In this document: positions 9,126 through 18,412 of the stretch, piece by piece
Position numbering within the stretch: the stretch's first letter is position 1
Layout: every line of letters starts with the position of its first letter
Position numbers and translations under genes: made by a program
The notes under the pieces: generated by a model
The model's database searches: none
Told to the model about the DNA's origin: nothing
What the model saw: only the letters and a program-made list of their open reading frames with translations
Assembly (NCBI GenBank): GCA_038204425.1
Contig: JBBRCZ010000018.1
Coordinates: forward strand, 1 to 44,719
Reading direction: 5' to 3'
DNA from: Spirochaetia bacterium
GTDB taxonomy: Bacteria; Spirochaetota; Spirochaetia; DSM-27196; Salinispiraceae
DNA length: 44,719 nucleotides

Positions 9126-10538
9126 TTAATGGGTGGCAAACTCACGAACGTCTGCAACGTGTCCGGCAACTGCGGCAGCAGCTACCATGGCAGGTGACAT
9201 CAAAAGTGTCCGCCCGGTTGAGCTACCTTGACGGCCAATAAAGTTGCGATTGCTAGAACTAGCCGAAATCTGGTCGCCTTTAAGTTGGTCAGGGTTCATA
9301 GCCAAACACATCGAGCATCCAGCTTCGCGCCACTCAAAGCCTGCTTCTATAAAGACCTTGTCCAAACCTTCTTCCATGGCCTGTTTACGCACCAACATTG
9401 ATCCTGGTACTACAAAAGCTTGCACATTGGCGGCAACCTTTCTGCCCTTAGCGATGGCGGCCGCAGCACGCAGGTCAGAAATACGACCATTGGTACACGA
9501 GCCAATAAACGCTACATCTATTTTGATGTCGGCTGTTTTCTGACCGGGGCTCAGCTTCATGTGGCGAAACGCCAAAAGTGCTGATTGTTTTTCGCCATCA
9601 TCAGCAATCGCCTCTGGATTTGGCAGTTTTTCGCTAACGCCGACACTTTGGCCGGGTGTTACACCCCAGGTCACCATTGGTTCGATCTCGCTTGCGTCAT
9701 AACGAACCATATCATCGTAACTCGCGTCGGCATCAGAAGCGTAGGACTTCCAGCGCGCGACGGCTTGTTCCCAGTCGGCAGCCTTGGGCGCATGTTCTTT
9801 GCCCTTGAGGTAGTCAAACGTAGTTTGGTCGGGATTTATGTAGCCGGCACGAGCGCCACCTTCAATAGCCATATTACAAACAGTCATGCGCCCTTCCATG
9901 CCCATTTCGTCAAAAACCTGGCCTGCGTATTCGTAGGCATAGCCGATGCCACCTTTAACGCCGAGGCGATTGATCAAAAACAAGGCTACATCTTTAGCAG
10001 TAACACCTGTTTTGAGTTGACCGTTTACTTCTACTCGTCTAACTTTCATTGCATCCATCGACAAGCACTGGCTGGCCAAAACATCACGCACCTGTGAGGT
10101 GCCGATGCCAAAGGCAAGTGTGCCAAAAGCACCATGAGTCGAAGTATGAGAGTCGCCGCAAGCTATGGTCATGCCGGGTTGGGTTAGACCAAGTTCTGGG
10201 CCAATGATGTGCACCACTCCTTGACGGCCACTGGCAAAGTCAAAAAAATTGACACCAAACTCTTTGGTGTTTCGTTCAATAGCTTGCATCATCAACTCGG
10301 CTTCACCATCTTGGAAGGGACGAGCCTGACTGCGAGTCGGCACAATATGATCCATGGTAGCAAAGGTGCGATCAGGATAGGCAACCTTGAGACCTCGTTC
10401 TCTCAACATATCAAATGCTTGCGGGCTAGTAACTTCGTGTACCAGATGCAATCCGATAAAGAGTTGAGTCTGCCCGGTTGGCAGCTGGGCGATAGCATGG
10501 GCATCCCACACTTTATTGTACAAAGTTCCCTTGGCCAT
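9126..10538 (-). CDS. leuC: 3-isopropylmalate dehydratase large subunit
   Basis: Motifs [49 protein letters not shown] (4Fe-4S cysteines) and [18 protein letters not shown]. Confidence 0.96.
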   Translation of the reverse strand: MAKGTLYNKVWDAHAIAQLPTGQTQLFIGLHLVHEVTSPQAFDMLRERGLKVAYPDRTFATMDHIVPTRSQARPFQDGEAELMMQAIERNTKEFGVNFFDFASGRQGVVHIIGPELGLTQPGMTIACGDSHTSTHGAFGTLAFGIGTSQVRDVLASQCLSMDAMKVRRVEVNGQLKTGVTAKDVALFLINRLGVKGGIGYAYEYAGQVFDEMGMEGRMTVCNMAIEGGARAGYINPDQTTFDYLKGKEHAPKAADWEQAVARWKSYASDADASYDDMVRYDASEIEPMVTWGVTPGQSVGVSEKLPNPEAIADDGEKQSALLAFRHMKLSPGQKTADIKIDVAFIGSCTNGRISDLRAAAAIAKGRKVAANVQAFVVPGSMLVRKQAMEEGLDKVFIEAGFEWREAGCSMCLAMNPDQLKGDQISASSSNRNFIGRQGSSTGRTLLMSPAMVAAAAVAGHVADVREFATH

Positions 10539-10584
10539 AATAACCTCCTGCGAAACAGCTTCTTGCCTGTTCCTTGTGAATCAG

Positions 10585-10639
10585 ATAGTACCGGATTGAG
10601 ATATATTTGTAAAAGACATATTATCTATGCAAAGTATAG
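10585..10639. promoter_or_regulatory. leuC promoter plus LysR-type T-N11-A dyad
   Basis: Minus strand TTTACA(10613-10608)-17 nt-TACTAT(10590-10585). Dyad CTAT-N7-ATAG at 10625-10639, next to the LysR SD. Confidence 0.55.
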
Positions 10640-10648
10640 GTGGTAACT

Positions 10649-11521
10649 ATGGAATTGCACCAGCTGAGGTATTTTTTGGCAGTGGCCCAACAGGCTTCAT
10701 TTACGGCGGCAGCGCTGGCTTGCAATGTTTCGCAGCCGACGCTGTCGGCGCAAGTAGCCAAGCTTGAGGACGAACTTGGCGGCGCTCTGATCGAACGCGG
10801 CCGCCACGGGGCCAAACTCACTGCGCGCGGTCAACTCTTTAGGCCGCGTGCAACTGACGCCTTGCAACTTTTGCAGCTTGGCCGCATCGAACTGGAAGAA
10901 CTTGCCGGGCTTAAGCGTGGTTCGTTAGTTTTGGGGTGTTTGCCCACCACCGGAGCTTACCTTTTGCCCAAGATATTGACAGCCTTTAGCGCGAGCTACC
11001 CCAAAATCCAGGTCAATCTGCGCGAAGACTCGTCACCTAGTTTGGCACGAGCAATTAGGTCGTCTGAAGTTGATCTCGCCATAACTGATGATGCCGGAAC
11101 CGGTGAGGGCATCGCGAGCCAGGTGCTTTTTACCGAGGAACTCTTGGTGGCTGTGCCAAAAAAGCATCGCTTGGCGGACCGTCTGGAAGTGGACCTGAAT
11201 GAACTAGACGGTGAAGCCATAATTTTGATGAAGAAAGGGCACGGTTTTAGATCCATCGTTTTGGCTGCGTTGGCACGCGCTGGGGTGGAACCCAAGGTGG
11301 TCTACGAAAGCACTGAAATAGAAACAGTGCAAGCTTTGGTTGAGGCTGGCTTGGGCCTGAGTTTGGTGCCACGCCTTGTGCAACGGACGCCAGGTCCTTG
11401 CTATCTGCGCATTAAAGACCCGCGACCATCGCGCACCGTCTTGTTGGCCTGGCGCGACGGTCTGGATTTGAGCCCGGCAGCTGCTGCGATGAAGAGTTCT
11501 GCATTGGCCTGCTTTCCGTAA
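10649..11521 (+). CDS. LysR-family transcriptional regulator, divergent from leuCD
   Basis: HTH MELHQLRYFLAVA...SFTAAA...VSQPTLSAQVAKLEDELG and a substrate-binding domain (LVEAGLGLSLVP). SD AGGTGG before ATG 10649. Confidence 0.94.
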   Translation: MELHQLRYFLAVAQQASFTAAALACNVSQPTLSAQVAKLEDELGGALIERGRHGAKLTARGQLFRPRATDALQLLQLGRIELEELAGLKRGSLVLGCLPTTGAYLLPKILTAFSASYPKIQVNLREDSSPSLARAIRSSEVDLAITDDAGTGEGIASQVLFTEELLVAVPKKHRLADRLEVDLNELDGEAIILMKKGHGFRSIVLAALARAGVEPKVVYESTEIETVQALVEAGLGLSLVPRLVQRTPGPCYLRIKDPRPSRTVLLAWRDGLDLSPAAAAMKSSALACFP

Positions 11522-11554
11522 GAACCGAACGAGACGGTTGGCCAAGCTCATCAG

Positions 11555-11583
11555 TAGACAAAGCTTGGTTCTTGCAGAATACT
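11555..11583 (+). promoter_or_regulatory. Putative sigma70 promoter of the U32 gene, leaderless geometry
   Basis: TAGACA-17 nt-AATACT-7 nt-ATG(11591), with no SD. Confidence 0.5.
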
Positions 11584-11590
11584 CGCTGAC

Positions 11591-13987
11591 ATGAACGGTG
11601 AAGTTTTGGCTCCAGGTGGAAGTCTTGATCATGCCCTGTGGGCTTTAGAAGGCGGTGCCAACGCTGTCTATGTTGGCTACCAAAAGTTTTCTGCCCGAAG
11701 CCATGCCAACAATTTAAGCCTCGATGAAATTGCATGCTTGTGTGCCGTTGCCAGAGAACGTGGCGCGAGGGTTTTTTGCGCAGTTAATGTAATTTTGGAA
11801 GGGCACGAGATAGCCGAAGCGATTGGCCTGGCTTGGCAGTTGCACTTTGCGGGGGTTTCGGCACTGATAGTCCAAGACCTCGGTTTTGCACTGGCGCTGC
11901 GTCGTTACGGCCCAGCCATTGATCTGCACGCCTCAACTCAAGCTGCGGTTCACAATAGTTCGGGGGTGGCAGCACTCAAGGCAATTGGTTTTTGCCGAGT
12001 GGTTATGGCCCGCGAGCTCACCATGTCGGAACTTGGTCAGATAGTTGAAGACGACCCCAAGATGGAATATGAAGTCTTTGTTCACGGTGCCTTGTGCTAC
12101 GCCGTCTCTGGCAACTGCATGGCTTCGGGTTTGATGATTGCGAGGTCCGCCAACCGTGGTGACTGCGGTCAAGTCTGCCGGACCAAGTTTGAGCTCGACT
12201 ATTTGATTCCGGGCCCAAAGCGTCGCGACAGTCCCCATGAGGAAGGTTTGCCGGAAGGCATCCATGCGCCCCCCGGTGAAGTGACTTGGAAGAGTGGCAG
12301 CATTGGCGCCTTTGCAAGTATGAATGACCTCGAACTTGGCGCGCGTATCAGAGAACTTTATAAGCTTGGTGTACAAAGTTTTAAGATAGAAGGGCGCATG
12401 AAGCCTCCGGCTTACAGTTATAACACTGCACGCGCTTACAGGACTTTTTTGGATGGCGGCAAAGATAAAGAAGCGTGGGCCTGCTTGGACGAAGCGCGCT
12501 TGCGCTATGGAAGATTGCCAAGTTCTGGCTGGTTTGATGGTCACAAAGCCCTAGGTCAAACCAACCCCGACTGGGCAGGAACGCTGGGGATGCCACTTGG
12601 TCCAATTGTTGCCGCTTCCGAAAAAGCGCTACGGTTGGATGGGGGAGACAAAGCAAAACTCTTTGCAAGTCTTGGCAAGGGTGATGGTGTAATGCTGATC
12701 GGCCCCATTTCAGGACAAGTTTTGCGTACCGCACTTGGCGGGCCAGTGCTCACGCGTGATGGACAAGTAGAGATTCACCTAAACGAAAAACTTGACTTTG
12801 ACCCTCGCGGAGGCAGTCTTTGGTTGGTCAGTCGACATGACGGCAAATTACCCGTAAAAAAAGCAAGCAAGTCCTGGCGTCACCCACTTGTTACAAGGCT
12901 TAGTCTGCAACAAGTGCAAAACCAAGCTGGCTCGCAATTGAAGCTCTGTCTGTCGACACCTGATCTTGGTGGTTTAGAAATGGAGGCCTTGCTAGAAATG
13001 CAAGCCGCCTCTGGTTCCAAACGTATAGAAGACAGTTTGGAAGAAGTTTTACGAGCTTCTGACAGTCAGTTTTGTCCAGCACAGCTTGAGATAGACAACC
13101 AAGCTGGTGCGTGTTTTGTTCAACCTAAAATTCTTAAAGAAGTGCGCAGGCGTTGGTACCACTTGCTTGAGCAAAAGGCTGAAGATTTTGTGGCTTCCGT
13201 GCAAGCTCAAGTCGCTAAAGATGCCCAAGAACTGCTTGTGGGCGACACCACAGTCTTGGTCACCCCACCAGCGCGCGCCAGCCTTAGTCCTTTGCTTGGT
13301 GTCAACAAACTTGTTGGTTTTGTGACGGAGTGGGAAAGCCTCAAGGCCCAGGACTTGGCCCAGACGGTTTGGGGTTTGTCCCTGCCCTTGGCGCCTTTTA
13401 CGCCCAATGAAGCATCCTACTATGGTCGCCTGCGCGACTTTTTGAACAAACTACAAACTAGTGAGCCGCAGGTCGCAGTCTTTTTGGGTCTCAACAATCC
13501 GGGTCATTTGCAGTGGGTCAGGCGCTTGCGTGCAGAGGGTTTTGTCTTAAGAGAATGGTTTGCCGACTGGGCTTTCCATAGTGCCAATGCTTGGACGCCT
13601 GTTCAGCTTAACGAGAGCCTGAGTGGTTTGCGATTGGTGATTCCATGGCTTGAGAGTCAAAGCTGCGCCGACAAGAGCTACTTTCCGCCACTTTTTACTA
13701 GTAGAGCTTGCATGTTGCGCAACAGTTTTGGCGCTCAAGGAGGGCCAAGCGAATCAACAGCCGCGCCTCAAGACCACGATGAGGACTTTGGTTCCCGTGT
13801 TTGGATACAAGCCAAGGTGAGTGGTCAAGCCGTAACCCGACCCAAGCAAGGCCCGCGTTGTCCGGCCGGCTGCGCTGGACATTTTTCGGCACGTCTGCTT
13901 CAGGGCAAAAAACAGTTTAGAGTAGAGGCGCGGGATTGCATCAACTATTTGGTTCAAGAGAATGACGAGCAGGGCAGTAAACTGTAG
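11591..13987 (+). CDS. Peptidase U32-family Fe-S protein, long RlhA-like form (candidate RNA hydroxylation protein)
   Basis: Motifs EVLAPGG, GANAVYVG, FSAR, IVQDLG, HASTQ, RVVMAREL, EVFVHGALCYAVSGNC, SANRGDCGQVCR and FKIEGRMK. Long C-terminal extension. Confidence 0.82.
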   Translation: MNGEVLAPGGSLDHALWALEGGANAVYVGYQKFSARSHANNLSLDEIACLCAVARERGARVFCAVNVILEGHEIAEAIGLAWQLHFAGVSALIVQDLGFALALRRYGPAIDLHASTQAAVHNSSGVAALKAIGFCRVVMARELTMSELGQIVEDDPKMEYEVFVHGALCYAVSGNCMASGLMIARSANRGDCGQVCRTKFELDYLIPGPKRRDSPHEEGLPEGIHAPPGEVTWKSGSIGAFASMNDLELGARIRELYKLGVQSFKIEGRMKPPAYSYNTARAYRTFLDGGKDKEAWACLDEARLRYGRLPSSGWFDGHKALGQTNPDWAGTLGMPLGPIVAASEKALRLDGGDKAKLFASLGKGDGVMLIGPISGQVLRTALGGPVLTRDGQVEIHLNEKLDFDPRGGSLWLVSRHDGKLPVKKASKSWRHPLVTRLSLQQVQNQAGSQLKLCLSTPDLGGLEMEALLEMQAASGSKRIEDSLEEVLRASDSQFCPAQLEIDNQAGACFVQPKILKEVRRRWYHLLEQKAEDFVASVQAQVAKDAQELLVGDTTVLVTPPARASLSPLLGVNKLVGFVTEWESLKAQDLAQTVWGLSLPLAPFTPNEASYYGRLRDFLNKLQTSEPQVAVFLGLNNPGHLQWVRRLRAEGFVLREWFADWAFHSANAWTPVQLNESLSGLRLVIPWLESQSCADKSYFPPLFTSRACMLRNSFGAQGGPSESTAAPQDHDEDFGSRVWIQAKVSGQAVTRPKQGPRCPAGCAGHFSARLLQGKKQFRVEARDCINYLVQENDEQGSKL

Positions 13988-14006
13988 TCCGAAACGTGTT
14001 TTTAGA

Positions 14007-14035
14007 TTGACCCTACCTCACCCACCCACTATGTT
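14007..14035 (+). promoter_or_regulatory. Putative sigma70 promoter of the P-type ATPase, leaderless geometry
   Basis: TTGACC-17 nt-TATGTT-7 nt-ATG(14043), with no SD. Confidence 0.55.
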
Positions 14036-14042
14036 TTTAGCT

Positions 14043-16790
14043 ATGAAATCAATCAAAGACCTGTCCTGGCACAGCTTGTCAGTGGCCGAGACTGTCAAAA
14101 GTATCGAAACAGATCCCGAAAAGGGACTATCCAGCCAAGAAGTTGACAAGCGCCATGCCCAGTTTGGAGCCAATAGTATAACTCAAAAAAAAGGCACTAG
14201 TGCCTTGGTGCTCTTCTTGCTACAGTTTAACCAGCCACTCGTCTATATTTTGTTGGTTGCGGGCCTAGTAACGGGGATTTTGCAAGAGTGGGTCGACTCA
14301 GCCGTTATTTTTGGTGTGGTGCTTGCCAACGCTATTATAGGTTTTGTGCAGGAAGCCAAGGCTGTTAAGGCTATTGAGTCTCTCTCCAAAAGCATGAAGA
14401 GCGAAGCAACGGTTGTGAGAGGCGGTAGAAAGCAGCGCATTGACGCCAGAGACTTGACGATAGGCGATGTGGTGCACTTGCAGTCTGGCGACAAGGTTGC
14501 CGCCGACCTGAGGTTGTTGAGCATCAGAGAACTGCAAGTTAACGAGTCAGCTTTAACAGGTGAGTCGCTTCCTGTTGTCAAAAAAGAATCAGACCTAGAT
14601 TCCAACACGGTCTTGGCAGATCGCAGCACTATGGCTTATACGTCCACCTTAGTCACCTACGGTACCGCTAGTGGCGTAGTAGTTGCCATCGGCAACGAGA
14701 CTCAGATTGGCCGCATCAACCAGATGATCTCGTCTGCCGATCTCTTGGCAACACCTTTGACCAAAAAAATAGCTAAGTTTAGTTCGATAATGCTCTATGT
14801 TATTCTGGCTTTGAGTCTGGTGGCCTTTGTGGTTGGTCTATTGCGTGGTAATGGTTTAGTAGAAATGTTTATGACCGTGGTCGCTTTGGCCGTCGGGGCC
14901 ATCCCCGAGGGACTTCCGGCAGCGCTTACCATCACGCTTGCCATCGGCGTTTCCAAAATGGCCCAGCGGCATGCTATTGTGCGCAAGTTGCCTGCTGTTG
15001 AAACCCTAGGCAGTACTACGGTTATTTGTACTGACAAAACCGGCACGCTTACCCAAAACGAGATGACTGTCCAGCAACTAGTGGTTGGCAAAGAGCTGAT
15101 TGACGTCTCGGGAATTGGCTACAGCTTTGAGGGCGAGCTAAGTCTGCAAGGTGCGTCGGTGTCGATCGATAAGAATGTGGCCCTTCGGGAATGCTTGTCA
15201 GCTGGGCTTTTGTGTAACGACTCCAATCTACATAAAGTCGGCGAGGCTTGGAAGGTCGAGGGCGACCCAACTGAGGTGGCCATGATTAGCGTTGCCCATA
15301 AAGCGGGCTTGATAAAGCACGACCTTACTAGCCAGTTTGCGCGCCTGGATGCCATCCCTTTTGAATCTCAACACCAGTACATGGCTAGCTTGCATAGCCA
15401 GCCGCAGGACAGTGAGAGGGTCATTTATCTCAAAGGCTCGGTGGAAAGCGTCTTTGAGCGTTGCACAACCATGCTCCTTGCTTCTGGAGAAAACGCTCCC
15501 TTTGATAGAGATTACCACCACGGACTGGTGACCGAGCTTGCCGGTAAGGGTCTGCGTGTTCTGGCCTTCGCAAAAGGTCTTGTGCCAGCATCAAAAACCG
15601 CCATCGCTCATGAAGATGTGAGCGATGGACTTACCCTGCTTGGGCTGCAAGCTATGATTGACCCGCCGCGAGAAGAAGCCATCCAAGCTGTGGCTGTCTG
15701 TAAAAAAGCCGGAGTGGCGGTAAAAATGATAACCGGCGATCACGAGCTTACCGCTTTAGCCGTAGCCCGTATGGTGGGTTTGTTAGAAGCGCCGTTAAAG
15801 TCTGAGGCAGATTATGAGGCAAATTTTGAGGATAATGACAAAGTACCACTTGTCCTCAACGGCAAGACTATCGCGGGACTCAGTGACCATCAACTAATTG
15901 AGCAGGTTGCCCACGTTTCTGTCTTTGCTCGCGTAGCACCGGAAGACAAGTTGCGTTTGGTGCGCGCCTTGCAAGCCCGAGGCAATGTAGTGGCAATGAC
16001 CGGCGACGGCGTCAACGACGCACCATCTTTGCGCCAAGCAAATGTTGGTATTGCCATGGGCATAACCGGCACTGACGTGGCCAAAGAGACGGCTGACATC
16101 GTCTTGGCGGACGACAATTTTGCTTCAATAGAAGCTGCCGTGGAAGAAGGCCGCGCGGTCTATGACAACTTGGTTAAGTTTATAACCTGGACTCTGCCTA
16201 CCAATTTTGGCGAAGGTTTAGTTATTTTGGCGGCAGTATTGGCTGGTGTTTCACTTCCTATACTTCCGGTGCAAATCTTGTGGATCAACATGACCACCGC
16301 GGTGCTTTTGGGCCTGATGCTTGCTTTTGAGCCGCGCGAGAAGGGTATCATGAGTCGCAAGCCACGGGCGTCCAATGAGCCTCTTTTAACGCCAGTCTTA
16401 GTGTCATTTATTGTTTCTGTTGGGGTAATTTTTGGCGCCGGTGTGTTTATTTCCTATAATTTCTTATTGGGAGCTGGTCGCAGTCAAGAGGCTGCTCGCA
16501 CCCTCGCCGTCAACATTTTTGTTTTTGGCGAGATCTTTTTCTTGTTCAATTGTCGATCGCTTAGGACCTCATTTATAAGAGTCAACTTTTTTAGCAATCC
16601 CAAACTGCTAATTGGCACCGCGGTCATGATTGCCTTGCAGCTCGGCTACACCTATTTGCCGTTTATGCAGACCGCCTTTGGAAGCGAGGGTTTGCAAGCC
16701 TTTGATTGGTTGATCGTTGCGGCCGTTGGCGTGTTTACCTTTGTGGCCATAGAAGTTCAAAAGGTGATTGCAAACCGCATAACAAAATAG
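14043..16790 (+). CDS. Cation-transporting P-type ATPase, P2A (Ca2+/PacL/CtpF-like)
   Basis: Motifs LTGES, AIPEGLP, ICTDKTGTLT, GDPTE, KMITGDH, TGDGVNDAPSL and QILWINM. Start placed at MKSIKDLSWH. Confidence 0.93.
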   Translation: MKSIKDLSWHSLSVAETVKSIETDPEKGLSSQEVDKRHAQFGANSITQKKGTSALVLFLLQFNQPLVYILLVAGLVTGILQEWVDSAVIFGVVLANAIIGFVQEAKAVKAIESLSKSMKSEATVVRGGRKQRIDARDLTIGDVVHLQSGDKVAADLRLLSIRELQVNESALTGESLPVVKKESDLDSNTVLADRSTMAYTSTLVTYGTASGVVVAIGNETQIGRINQMISSADLLATPLTKKIAKFSSIMLYVILALSLVAFVVGLLRGNGLVEMFMTVVALAVGAIPEGLPAALTITLAIGVSKMAQRHAIVRKLPAVETLGSTTVICTDKTGTLTQNEMTVQQLVVGKELIDVSGIGYSFEGELSLQGASVSIDKNVALRECLSAGLLCNDSNLHKVGEAWKVEGDPTEVAMISVAHKAGLIKHDLTSQFARLDAIPFESQHQYMASLHSQPQDSERVIYLKGSVESVFERCTTMLLASGENAPFDRDYHHGLVTELAGKGLRVLAFAKGLVPASKTAIAHEDVSDGLTLLGLQAMIDPPREEAIQAVAVCKKAGVAVKMITGDHELTALAVARMVGLLEAPLKSEADYEANFEDNDKVPLVLNGKTIAGLSDHQLIEQVAHVSVFARVAPEDKLRLVRALQARGNVVAMTGDGVNDAPSLRQANVGIAMGITGTDVAKETADIVLADDNFASIEAAVEEGRAVYDNLVKFITWTLPTNFGEGLVILAAVLAGVSLPILPVQILWINMTTAVLLGLMLAFEPREKGIMSRKPRASNEPLLTPVLVSFIVSVGVIFGAGVFISYNFLLGAGRSQEAARTLAVNIFVFGEIFFLFNCRSLRTSFIRVNFFSNPKLLIGTAVMIALQLGYTYLPFMQTAFGSEGLQAFDWLIVAAVGVFTFVAIEVQKVIANRITK

Positions 16791-16791
16791 T

Positions 16792-17595
16792 TTAAACCTT
16801 GGCCGTTTTGGGCTTCATAATCCCGGCGGCAATTTTTACGGTAGTTTTTTGGGAAAATAGACGGCTCACTTGGGCAATCAGGCGATTGTTGATTGAACCA
16901 GGGATAACGCAGACTTTGTTGCGATCCAAGGCCGACAAACTTTGCTTGACAACATTCTCTGGGCTGTCTATTGCCCCAACGGCCGGGTCTCTGGTTCCCA
17001 TTGCATCAAAAAATGCCGTTTCTACTGGTCCTGGACACACTGTCAATACTCTAACTCCGGTGCCCATACATTCGCCCCACAGCGCTTCGGTAAAAAACCG
17101 CACAAAGGCTTTTGATGCCGCGTAATTGCTCATATAGGGTAGTGGCTGGAACGAGGCAGTGCTCGCGATATTGATGATGGCACCCGACTTAGCTTCTATC
17201 ATTGGACTTAAATAGAGCTGACTTAGGCTGGATAACGCATAAATATTGAGCATCAACTGGTCTTGGTTGCGCTGCAGATCGGTTTGATGCAAGAGACCAT
17301 GTACGCCAACTCCAGCGTTGTTGACCAGAATCTCAATCTTAATATTTTTTGAACTGGTGACCTGCCACAGTTTTTGACTCGACTCAGCTTTTGTTAGATC
17401 CAGCGAGAGATAGTCGGCCTTAATATGGTAGGTCTCTTGCAGAACTTGAGCGATGGCGGCCAGCTTTTCTCCATTGCGGGCCACCAAAAAAACATTGGCA
17501 CCTCTCTGTGCAAAGCTGCGCGCGTACTCGGCCCCGATTCCTGACGATGCTCCGGTTATAAGAGCCCACTTGCCTTGGTATTCGAACTTTTTCAT
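16792..17595 (-). CDS. Short-chain dehydrogenase/reductase (SDR)
   Basis: Motifs TGASSGIG, LVNNAG, NIAS, YAASK and VCPGPVET. Start placed at ATG 17595 (MKKFEYQ). Confidence 0.93.
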   Translation of the reverse strand: MKKFEYQGKWALITGASSGIGAEYARSFAQRGANVFLVARNGEKLAAIAQVLQETYHIKADYLSLDLTKAESSQKLWQVTSSKNIKIEILVNNAGVGVHGLLHQTDLQRNQDQLMLNIYALSSLSQLYLSPMIEAKSGAIINIASTASFQPLPYMSNYAASKAFVRFFTEALWGECMGTGVRVLTVCPGPVETAFFDAMGTRDPAVGAIDSPENVVKQSLSALDRNKVCVIPGSINNRLIAQVSRLFSQKTTVKIAAGIMKPKTAKV

Positions 17596-17611
17596 TCCTA
17601 GACCCCTTTTG

Positions 17612-17663
17612 TAATGACCATGAGTCATTTATATGTTACAATTTAATGACCATGAGTCATTTA
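17612..17663. promoter_or_regulatory. Tandem palindromic operator, two exact copies; putative TetR binding sites
   Basis: TAATGACCATGAGTCATTTA occurs at 17612-17631 and 17644-17663, each with core AATGAC-N5-GTCATT. The second copy covers the spacer of a minus-strand TTGACT-17 nt-TAAATT promoter. Confidence 0.8.
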
Positions 17664-17722
17664 GTCAAGTATATTCTAAACTATCTTGACCTTGGGCAAG
17701 AAAGAGAGTTCATTTGAGTAAG

Positions 17723-18412
17723 ATGACAAAACGCGCGCTAAACGAGGAGCAAAAGGCAGCTAGACGGGCTAGTATTTTGCAACAAACCTCTGCCTTACTT
17801 GCAAGTCGCGACTACAGTTCGATTACCTTAGTTGAAATAGCCAAAGCTCTTGGCCTGGTAAAAGGTACGCTCTACCTTTATTTTGCCACCAAAGAAGAAC
17901 TTTTTTTGTCAGTGCTCGAGGACGAGTTGGGACGATGGTTTGCAGAAGTCCGTACCATGCTTGATGCCAATGAGATGGTGGATGCTCGCAAGCTAGAGCA
18001 AACGCTTGCCCAGCTGTGCGCAACCATCGCGCGCTCGCTGGAGCAAAGACCTGTTTTGGTAAAGCTGTTTATTATTCTCAATGTTGAGTTAGAAAAAGAC
18101 TTGTCGGAACAGCGCTTGAGGTCGTTCAAGACAAACACCATAACTATGCTAAAAGAGGCTGCACTCAGTCTGGAACGCTTTCTTCCTTTTTTAAAAGGGC
18201 AGGGGCAGTTCTTTTTTCTTGCCTTGCATGCCTTGGCAATAGGCTCGGGGCACTTGAGCAATCACAGCCCTGCCGCCCTAAGAGTCTTGAGTGACCCTCA
18301 CTTGGCCGCCTTTAAGTTGGACTTTGGTCAGATTCTAGAGAGTGTTTTGTACTTGCTTTTACAGGGTATGTATGCCCAGAGCGAGGCAGCTTCAACATTC
18401 GTAGACCGTTAA
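17723..18412 (+). CDS. TetR/AcrR-family transcriptional regulator
   Basis: HTH ITLVEIAKALGLVKGTLYLYFATKEELF. Divergent from the SDR gene. Start is ATG 17723 or TTG 17714. Confidence 0.92.
   Translation: MTKRALNEEQKAARRASILQQTSALLASRDYSSITLVEIAKALGLVKGTLYLYFATKEELFLSVLEDELGRWFAEVRTMLDANEMVDARKLEQTLAQLCATIARSLEQRPVLVKLFIILNVELEKDLSEQRLRSFKTNTITMLKEAALSLERFLPFLKGQGQFFFLALHALAIGSGHLSNHSPAALRVLSDPHLAAFKLDFGQILESVLYLLLQGMYAQSEAASTFVDR

Noticed and set aside
11933..12544. 203-aa antisense ORF and similar shadow ORFs (e.g. 9585-10097, 21197-21742, 29454-29996, 33026-33541)
   Set aside because: They lie wholly opposite well-supported genes and have no recognisable motifs, as expected for antisense shadows.
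13962..14042. N-terminal extension of the P2 ATPase overlapping the U32 gene
   Set aside because: The stretch contains a good promoter and family-like sequence begins at ATG 14043.
17612..17663. 20-bp direct repeat as a mini-CRISPR or att site
   Set aside because: There are only two copies with a 12-nt gap and no cas or integrase gene. Position and dyad symmetry fit a TetR operator.
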